A stretch of DNA of 64,000 nt from Candidatus Nealsonbacteria bacterium (GTDB lineage: Bacteria; Patescibacteriota; Minisyncoccia; Minisyncoccales; JAGMDC01), in contig JAUWMZ010000001.1 of NCBI GenBank assembly GCA_030612885.1, positions 83,193 through 147,192 on the forward strand, written 5' to 3'. Below are positions 58,128 to 64,000 of this stretch, in pieces. Position numbers and translations under genes: made by a program. The first letter of the stretch is position 1. Every line of letters begins with the position of its first letter. The notes beneath the pieces are model-generated. The model was given only the letters and a program-made list of their open reading frames with translations. It did no database searches and was not told the origin of the DNA.

Positions 58128-60254
58128 TTATGTGTGATTTAAAGAGAGATTAATTCTGCCCTGTTCGTCAATAGAAATTACTGTAACCGGAATAATTTCT
58201 CCAATTTTTACTACATCTTCAACTTTTTCTACTCTTCCTTTGGCGAGTTTGGAAATGTGGACTAAACCTTCCTGTCCCGGAAGAATTTCTACAAAAGCGC
58301 CAAAGTCCATAATTCTTTTTACTTTTCCCTGGAAAATCTCCCCTACTTTTACCTCTCTGGTAATGTTTTTTATCCAACTAACAGCTTTTTCGGCAGCCTC
58401 TTCTTTTTCAGCAGTAATAAATATTCTGCCATCTTCTTCAATATCAATAGAAACTTCGCATTTCTCAATTATTTCATTGATTACCTTGCCGCCGCTGCCA
58501 ATAACTTCCCTTATTTTTTCCGGTTTAATTTGAACAGTGTAAATTTTAGGCGCCCAAGCAGAAAGCTTTTCTCTAGGCTTGGCTAACACCTTTTCCATTT
58601 CAGATAAAATATATTCCCTTGCTTTTTTAGATTCTATGAATGCCTCTTCTAAGATTTTTTCCGTAATGCCGGCAATTTTAACATCCATCTGAATGGCTGT
58701 TATGCCGTTTTTGGTGCCAGCTACTTTTAAATCCATATCTCCATTATAGTCTTCCGGGCCCTGAATATCAGTTAAAATTTTGTATTTTGTTATTTCTCCC
58801 TGCTCATTGCTTTCAGTTATCAATCCCATAGCAATGCCGGTAGCCGCTGCTTTTATGGGCACGCCGGCATCCATCAGAGATAAAGAAGCGCTAGAAGTTG
58901 AAGCCATGGAACTAGAGCCATTTGAAGAAAGGATCTCGGAAACAATTCTGATAGTGTAAGGAAATTTATCAAAGCCAGGCACTAAAGGAAAAAGAGCTTT
59001 TTCAGCCAGCATTCCATGCCCTATGTCCCTTCTGCCCGGACCTCTCATCGGCCTTACTTCTCCGACTGAATAAGGAGGAAAATTATAATGATGCATAAAC
59101 CTCTTTTTTCCCACGATTTCCATTCCCTCTAATAATCGTTGGTCGCCAGGCGCTCCTAAGGTAAGAATGGAAAGTGACTTTGTTTCACCTCTGACAAATA
59201 AGCCGGAGCCATGGGTTCTGGGTAAAAGCCCCACTTCTGTATAAATATTTCTTATTTCATTTAGTTTTCTTCCATCAGGCCTTAATTCTTTTTCCAAAAT
59301 GTTTTTATGTATTATTCTTTCTGTTTCTTTTTCAAAAAAATTCTTAGCATAACTGATTTTTTTCCCATCATTTTCCTGCTCTTTAAGAAAAAAGATTAAA
59401 TCTTCCCTTAATTCGTTTAGGGCATCACTCCTTTCTTTTTTTGTTTTGTCATCCTTGGTAGAGGGAGTGAGGTATTTTTCTAATTTATCTCCTAAAAATT
59501 CCTTGATTTCCTTTTCCCAGTCCGGTTCAGGTAAAGGAGTTTCTATTTTTATTTTTTCTTTGCCATTTTCTTTTATGATTTTTTCCTGAAAATCAATAAG
59601 TTTTCTTAATTCTGGTTCAGCGAATTTATACCCTTCCATAATAGTTTTCTCTTTTAATTCTTCTGCTTCTGCCTCTATCATATTAATGAGAATCTCATTG
59701 TTTTGAATTCCTCCGGCTAAAACAAAGTCAAGCTCGCTTTTCTCTCTTTGTTTATAATCAGGGTTGATAGCCAGCTTTTCTCCTGCTTTACCAATTCTTA
59801 AACTAGCCAGAGGGCCTGACCATGGAATATCAGAGATAGATAAAGAGATAGAGGCGCCTAAAAGGCCAAGAATATCTGGATCGTTTTCGCTGTCCCAAGA
59901 TAAGCAAGTAACAACCACCTGAACCTCTTTTTTAAAATCCTTGGGAAATTTAGGCCTGATAGCTCTGTCAATTAAACGAGCAGTAAGAATTGCTTCATCA
60001 GAAGGCCGGCTTTCTCTTCTAATATAACGAGAGCCAAAAATTTTTCCTGCTGCATAAAATCTTTCTTCGTAATCAACTGTCAGAGGAAAAAAATCAATGC
60101 CTTCTCTTTTCTGCTCAGACATTACTGCTGTTACCAAAACTACGGTATCGCCGTAACGAACCAAAACTGAGCCATTGGCTTGCTCGGCTAAATCTCTAAT
60201 TTCCACAATCAGGTCTTTGCCGCCAGTATTTATTTTATATTTTTTAGAATCCAT
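58128..60254 (-). CDS. pnp: Polyribonucleotide nucleotidyltransferase (PNPase)
   Basis: Two RNase PH domains, KH and S1 (EIFQGKVKRIMDFGAFVEI). Confidence 0.95.
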   Translation of the reverse strand: MDSKKYKINTGGKDLIVEIRDLAEQANGSVLVRYGDTVVLVTAVMSEQKREGIDFFPLTVDYEERFYAAGKIFGSRYIRRESRPSDEAILTARLIDRAIRPKFPKDFKKEVQVVVTCLSWDSENDPDILGLLGASISLSISDIPWSGPLASLRIGKAGEKLAINPDYKQREKSELDFVLAGGIQNNEILINMIEAEAEELKEKTIMEGYKFAEPELRKLIDFQEKIIKENGKEKIKIETPLPEPDWEKEIKEFLGDKLEKYLTPSTKDDKTKKERSDALNELREDLIFFLKEQENDGKKISYAKNFFEKETERIIHKNILEKELRPDGRKLNEIRNIYTEVGLLPRTHGSGLFVRGETKSLSILTLGAPGDQRLLEGMEIVGKKRFMHHYNFPPYSVGEVRPMRGPGRRDIGHGMLAEKALFPLVPGFDKFPYTIRIVSEILSSNGSSSMASTSSASLSLMDAGVPIKAAATGIAMGLITESNEQGEITKYKILTDIQGPEDYNGDMDLKVAGTKNGITAIQMDVKIAGITEKILEEAFIESKKAREYILSEMEKVLAKPREKLSAWAPKIYTVQIKPEKIREVIGSGGKVINEIIEKCEVSIDIEEDGRIFITAEKEEAAEKAVSWIKNITREVKVGEIFQGKVKRIMDFGAFVEILPGQEGLVHISKLAKGRVEKVEDVVKIGEIIPVTVISIDEQGRINLSLNHT

Positions 60255-60257
60255 AAT

Positions 60258-60758
60258 TTACTTTTTCAAAAGATATTTCTCTGCTTCTTGTTCTAAATCA
60301 ACAAATTCATCGGCTATTTCTTTTAACTTGCCGGATGTAGAGCGGCCAAAAGCGATTACCTCTACTCTTTTACCTTGATTTTTTAAGTATTCCACTAAGG
60401 GAATAAAATCACCGTCTCCGGAAACCAAAGAAATTACGTCTACCCCAGGCGCAGTTTTGATAGCGTCAATTACTATACCAACATCCCAGTCAGCTTTTTT
60501 CATTCCGCCGTAAAATTCTTGAAGGTCTTTTTGTCTGGTTTCAATTCCTAATTTAGTAAGGGCTTCAAAAAACGGCTGTTCTTCGCCGGTTTTTGTTCTA
60601 ATAACATAAGCAAAAGTTCGGATGAGCTTTCTTTCGCTCACCGCTGTTTTTAATATCTCTTTAAAGTTAACTTTTGACTTGTATAGATTTTTAGCAGAGT
60701 GATAGAGGTTTTGAACGTCCATCAAAACTGCTATTCTTTGTTCTTGGTGAATAAGCAC
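60258..60758 (-). CDS. NYN-domain (LabA-like) protein
   Basis: IAVLMDVQNLYHS...DWDVGIVIDAIK...ISLVSGDGDFIPLVEYLKNQGKRVEVIAF. Confidence 0.7.
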   Translation of the reverse strand: MLIHQEQRIAVLMDVQNLYHSAKNLYKSKVNFKEILKTAVSERKLIRTFAYVIRTKTGEEQPFFEALTKLGIETRQKDLQEFYGGMKKADWDVGIVIDAIKTAPGVDVISLVSGDGDFIPLVEYLKNQGKRVEVIAFGRSTSGKLKEIADEFVDLEQEAEKYLLKK

Positions 60759-60759
60759 A

Positions 60760-60846
60760 AAAACATATTAACATATAGACATATTAACATATTAACAAAA
60801 GATAAATTCAAAAATGTTAAAATGTTAAAATGTTAAAATGTTAAAA
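60760..60846. repeat. Inverted AT repeats (atattaacat x3 and aatgttaaa x3) in the rpsO to NYN/pnp intergenic region
   Basis: The units are reverse complements of one another and could form a long AU hairpin. Confidence 0.55.
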
Positions 60847-61113
60847 TTACTTCTTGAGTCCTATTTTCTCCACAATACTATTATACCTTCTAATGCTTTC
60901 TTTTTTTAAATAGGTAAGCAGTTTTCTTCTTTGAGAAACCATTTTTAAAAGCCCTCTTCTGGAGTGAATATCTTTAGAATGTTTTTTTAAATGCAAAAGC
61001 AGCTGCTTGATTTCTTCAGAAAGCAAAGCAATTTGAACTTCAGCAGACCCAGTATCTTTATTGTGAAGCTTGTATCCAGATATGATTTTTTCTTTTTCTT
61101 TTGGAGTCAACAT
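60847..61113 (-). CDS. rpsO: 30S ribosomal protein S15
   Basis: [11 protein letters not shown]...[17 protein letters not shown]...[26 protein letters not shown]. Confidence 0.9.
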   Translation of the reverse strand: MLTPKEKEKIISGYKLHNKDTGSAEVQIALLSEEIKQLLLHLKKHSKDIHSRRGLLKMVSQRRKLLTYLKKESIRRYNSIVEKIGLKK

Positions 61114-61239
61114 ATTTCTAATTTATATTTCACGGCGTAGCCGTGAAAATCAAGGTTCTGCCAAGCAAAGCGAGGCAGGTTCTTATATTTTAACACATAC
61201 AATAAAAAAAGCCTAATAATTCACATAGCACATAACAAT

Positions 61240-61566
61240 TTATCGTTTTGTTTTTCGAAGTTTGTTGTAAGTAGAAATTATTAAACAGGAAAGAAAATAC
61301 CATATAGTTATGTCTAAAATGAAAAGATATATATTAAAACTTATAGTTGGACATTCTATATTTTCTAACATTTCAGATGGAAATGTAGGACATCCGCTAT
61401 ATGTATAATAAACAAAAGGTAAACCGATTTTCCAATAATCACCGCCAACTGCTTGCATTTCTAATATATTCCAACTGAACCAGGATGAACTAAAAATCAT
61501 AAATAATAGAAAAATTATAAATATTAAAATTTTTCTCCAATCTGGTTTTAAAAATTGTTTAATCAC
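61240..61566 (-). CDS. Small membrane protein
   Basis: Two TM helices. Confidence 0.3.
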   Translation of the reverse strand: MIKQFLKPDWRKILIFIIFLLFMIFSSSWFSWNILEMQAVGGDYWKIGLPFVYYTYSGCPTFPSEMLENIECPTISFNIYLFILDITIWYFLSCLIISTYNKLRKTKR

Positions 61567-61602
61567 TTTTATTTTTTATTTTTAATATTTGATTTTTTAC
61601 AG

Positions 61603-61674
61603 TGCCCCCACTCGGACTCGAACCGAGATTTACGGATTAAGAGTCCGCTACTCTACCAGTTGAGTTATGGGGGC
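61603..61674 (-). tRNA. tRNA-Lys (anticodon CTT)
   Basis: Hand-folded cloverleaf: acceptor GCCCCCA/TGGGGGC; D-stem ACTC/GAGT; anticodon stem GCGGA/TCCGT with loop CTCTTAA; T-arm CTCGG-TTCGAGT-CCGAG; discriminator A; no CCA encoded. Confidence 0.85.
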
Positions 61675-61683
61675 GGAAATAAA

Positions 61684-62124
61684 TTATTCTATGGGACATT
61701 CACAATCAACCGGACAATCAATTGTGTACCATCCTCCCCTTAGACCAGTCCATTCTTCTACACCAATAAACATCAGAAAGGTATTAACAATTAACCAAGC
61801 GCTAAAGATGATTACTAATCCTAAGATAGTAGCGGTTATTATTTTTTTAGCTTTTCCTATAGTTTCTGGATTACCTGCAGCAGCCAAGAACATTACTCCG
61901 CCAATAACAATCATCAAAACTGCTACTACTGGAATTATGTCAATTAGGATAAAATCAATAATCCTGTCAAACATTATGAAAAAATGGCAGAGAGTGCATA
62001 CACAAATGCCTGTCGGTTGGGTAGCATCTTCGCAGCCGCAAGGAACCAATCTAGCCTGTGTTTGAACAGGTATTAGAGAAGATGCTAAAACTAATAAACA
62101 GATTATTGAGAATATTTTTTTCAT
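61684..62124 (-). CDS. TrbC/VirB2-like T4SS pilin (146 aa) with Cys-rich termini
   Basis: Signal peptide; GGVMFLAAAGNPETIGKAKKIITATILGLVIIFSAWLIVNTF parallels the N-terminal modules of the 472-aa proteins. Confidence 0.5.
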   Translation of the reverse strand: MKKIFSIICLLVLASSLIPVQTQARLVPCGCEDATQPTGICVCTLCHFFIMFDRIIDFILIDIIPVVAVLMIVIGGVMFLAAAGNPETIGKAKKIITATILGLVIIFSAWLIVNTFLMFIGVEEWTGLRGGWYTIDCPVDCECPIE

Positions 62125-62170
62125 ATTTATAATTTTTTTAAAACTTTTACTATACGTGAAACTGGAAATA

Positions 62171-62242
62171 TGCCCCTGGAGGGATTTGAACCCCCATCCT
62201 TGGTTCCGAAGACCAATACTCTATCCGTTGAGCCACAGGGGC
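62171..62242 (-). tRNA. tRNA-Arg (anticodon TCG)
   Basis: Hand-folded cloverleaf: acceptor GCCCCTG/CAGGGGC; D-stem GCTC/GAGT; anticodon stem TTGGT/ACCAA with loop CTTCGGA; T-arm GGGGG-TTCAAAT-CCCTC; discriminator A. Confidence 0.85.
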
Positions 62243-62302
62243 TTTTTTAAATTCTACCAGAAACAATTGAAAAAAACAAGAATTTAAGGTAGAATAAAGC
62301 AT

Positions 62303-63781
62303 ATGGAAATTCCTAAAGAAGTAAAATTTGTAATTGAGAAATTAAAAACTCAAGGATTTGAGACCTATCTTGTTGGTGGCTGTGTTAGGGATTTGTTGCG
62401 TGGAAAAGAGCCATTGGATTGGGATATAGCAACTAATGCCAAACCAGAAGAAATTGAAAAGATTTTTCCGAATAGCTTTACAGATAATAAATTTGGCACT
62501 GTGGCAGTTTTAACTAAAAGTAAAGACCCGGCCTTAAAGGGAATTGAAATTACTCCTTACAGAATAGAATCAAAATATACTGACAAAAGGCATCCTGACA
62601 AGATACAATGGGCAAAAACTCTAAAAGAAGATTTAAAGAGGAGGGATTTTACCATAAATGCAATGGCCCTAAAAATGAGGGACAGTCCCTCCCCTGTCCC
62701 TCCCCTGTCCCTCGTTGACCTTTTTGGAGGGCAGGAGGATTTAGAAAACAAAATCATTCGGGCAGTGGGTGAGCCGGAACACAGGTTTCAGGAAGATGCT
62801 TTGCGCTTGATGAGAGCAGTAAGATTTGCTGCTGTTTTAGGAGAGGGGTGGAAAATTGAAGCAAAAACCGAGAAAGCAATTAAGAAAAATGCTGGTTTGC
62901 TTCAAATGATTTCTCAAGAAAGAATCAGGGATGAATTAATAAAAATGATAATGTCTGAAAGAGGAGCTGATGGTATAGAAATGTTGCGAGAACTCGGACT
63001 TTTAAAATATATAATTCCAGAATTAGAAGAAGGATATGGAGTTTCCCAGAACAAACATCATATTTACGAGGTTTATGAACATTCTTTGCGCTCTTTGAAA
63101 TATGCCTGCGAAAAAGGATTTAATAAATATGTTCGCTTGGCCGCCCTTTTGCATGATATTGGCAAGCCCAGAACTAAGCAAGGACAGGGGCTTGACGCTA
63201 CTTTTTACAACCATGAAATCGTTGGCGCTAAAATGACTATCCGTCTTTTGAATCGGCTGAAGTTTTCTAAAAAAGACATTGAGAAAATAGTTAAATTGGT
63301 GCGTTATCATTTGTTTTATTATAATGTTGACGAAGTTGGAGAATCATCGGTGCGGCGCTTGGTGCGTCAGGTTGGGTTGGAAAATATGGATGAACTTTTA
63401 CAAGTGAGGATGGCTGACAGAATTGGGTCTGGCGTGCCAAAGGCAGAGCCGTATAAATTAAGGCATCTAAAATATATTATTGAAAAAGTTTCCCAGGATC
63501 CTATTTCAGTAACACGGCTTAAAGTAAACGGCGAGGATGTAATGAAAATTTTAAAAATTAAGCCGGGTCCGAAAATAGGACAGCTTTTAGATATTTTACT
63601 TGGTTATGTTTTGATTGAACCAAGCAAAAATAAAAAAGATTTTTTAGAAAAAGAAATGAATAAATTAGGCAAGATTTCTGAAAACGAATTAAAAGCGCTG
63701 GCAGAAAAAGCGCGCAAAGAAAGAATGGAAATTGTGATGAAACAAGACGAAATGACAAAAAAGAAATACTGGGTGACGTAG
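62303..63781 (+). CDS. cca: CCA-adding tRNA nucleotidyltransferase / poly(A) polymerase-family enzyme with an HD domain, carrying an in-frame REP insertion
   Basis: GGCVRDLLLGKEP...DWD head motif, RRDFTINAMA, HD motif LAALLHDIGKP; the REP copy at 62677-62714 is translated as RDSPSPVPPLSLV. Confidence 0.85.
   Translation: MEIPKEVKFVIEKLKTQGFETYLVGGCVRDLLRGKEPLDWDIATNAKPEEIEKIFPNSFTDNKFGTVAVLTKSKDPALKGIEITPYRIESKYTDKRHPDKIQWAKTLKEDLKRRDFTINAMALKMRDSPSPVPPLSLVDLFGGQEDLENKIIRAVGEPEHRFQEDALRLMRAVRFAAVLGEGWKIEAKTEKAIKKNAGLLQMISQERIRDELIKMIMSERGADGIEMLRELGLLKYIIPELEEGYGVSQNKHHIYEVYEHSLRSLKYACEKGFNKYVRLAALLHDIGKPRTKQGQGLDATFYNHEIVGAKMTIRLLNRLKFSKKDIEKIVKLVRYHLFYYNVDEVGESSVRRLVRQVGLENMDELLQVRMADRIGSGVPKAEPYKLRHLKYIIEKVSQDPISVTRLKVNGEDVMKILKIKPGPKIGQLLDILLGYVLIEPSKNKKDFLEKEMNKLGKISENELKALAEKARKERMEIVMKQDEMTKKKYWVT
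62677..62714. repeat. Partial REP copy (duplicated right arm) in frame inside cca
   Basis: gagggacagtccctcccctgtccctcccctgtccctcg; same family as the RAYT-flanking REPs. Confidence 0.85.
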
Positions 63782-63934
63782 CTCGGGAAGCTAATTTTTA
63801 GTACACGCGATTTTTTCCAGCGAAAAATCGCTGCTACTCACGAATTGCCGAGCACTCAACAAGTTGAGTGCTCGGACCAAGCCAATTCGCTGCGGATTGT
63901 CCTAAAAATTACTTCCCTCGCTCGTTATTTATTA
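63782..63934 (+). other. GC-rich, highly structured element of about 150 nt upstream of tRNA-Pro; unclassified
   Basis: Hairpin gcgattttttccagcgaaaaatcgc; perfect 28-bp palindrome ccgagcactcaacaagttgagtgctcgg at 63848-63875, nested in cgaattg/caattcg arms; no match recognised to SRP, RNase P or tmRNA. Confidence 0.4.
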
Positions 63935-64000
63935 CGGGCTGTAGTGTAATAGTAGCACGAGTTCTTCGGGAGAATTTAGCCCGAGTGCAAATCTCGGCAG
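63935..64000 (+). tRNA. tRNA-Pro (anticodon CGG), 3' end truncated by the window edge
   Basis: Acceptor CGGGCTG with C1 (the bacterial tRNA-Pro C1:G72 identity); D-stem GTGT/GCAC; anticodon stem AGTTC/GAATT with loop TTCGGGA; T-arm CCGAG-TGCAAAT-CTCGG; the 3' strand begins CAG at the edge. Confidence 0.75.

Noticed and set aside
61555-61743. 62-aa plus-strand ORF
   Set aside because: It overlaps the well-folded minus-strand tRNA-Lys and the pilin gene, so it is spurious.
1-64000. CRISPR arrays, reverse transcriptase/DGR, rRNA, RNase P, SRP and 6S RNA
   Set aside because: No regularly spaced 25-40 bp repeats were found. No RT motifs (YxDD) appear in any frame inspected. None of the conserved rRNA, RNase P or SRP sequence blocks was found by eye. 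A covariance-model search is still needed for certainty.

Overview
The window reads as a low-GC, gene-dense segment of a small bacterial genome, probably a CPR/Patescibacteria-type organism; that lineage call is inferred from gene content only. It spans the replication-origin neighbourhood, with dnaA-dnaN on the minus strand diverging from rpmH-rnpA-yidD-yidC-jag on the plus strand. Housekeeping genes recognisable by motif are tyrS, PBP1A, ruvC, yebC, tsaE, ksgA, comM, the rpsO-NYN-pnp trio, a cca tRNA nucleotidyltransferase and a PilB/GspE ATPase. Three canonical tRNAs are present: Lys-CTT, Arg-TCG, and Pro-CGG truncated by the window end.

The main discovery is a ~13.1 kb integrative element inserted into the 5' end of comM. 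The displaced comM N-terminal fragment is at 52202-52336 and the comM body at 37600-39126, with a near-identical 14-bp att core at both junctions. The element carries a large serine recombinase, iteron-like repeats next to a P-loop replication-like protein, an excisionase-type HTH, a second C-terminally short serine recombinase, an SH3 plus trypsin-like protease, a DNA methyltransferase fused to an Mrr-like nuclease domain, a CPBP-like membrane protein, and a Panacea-domain antitoxin paired with a MazF/PemK-like toxin that has an inserted zinc ribbon.

Separately there is a T4SS-like cluster (VirB4-like ATPase, PrgI-like, VirB6-like, SPFH) with three TrbC/VirB2-like pilin paralogs, two of which are N-terminal modules of exactly 472-aa Cys-rich proteins.

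A REP-associated tyrosine transposase (RAYT) is flanked by GC-rich REP palindromes, and a further REP copy sits in frame inside cca. Other GC-rich palindromes sit in frame in ksgA, comM and a RAYT-like fragment. An AT-rich TAATCA-type repeat family marks many gene ends and also sits in frame in tsaE and yebC.

At 1226-1432 a non-canonical tRNA-like element is followed by a near-consensus promoter driving a terminated small transcript that is antisense to it.
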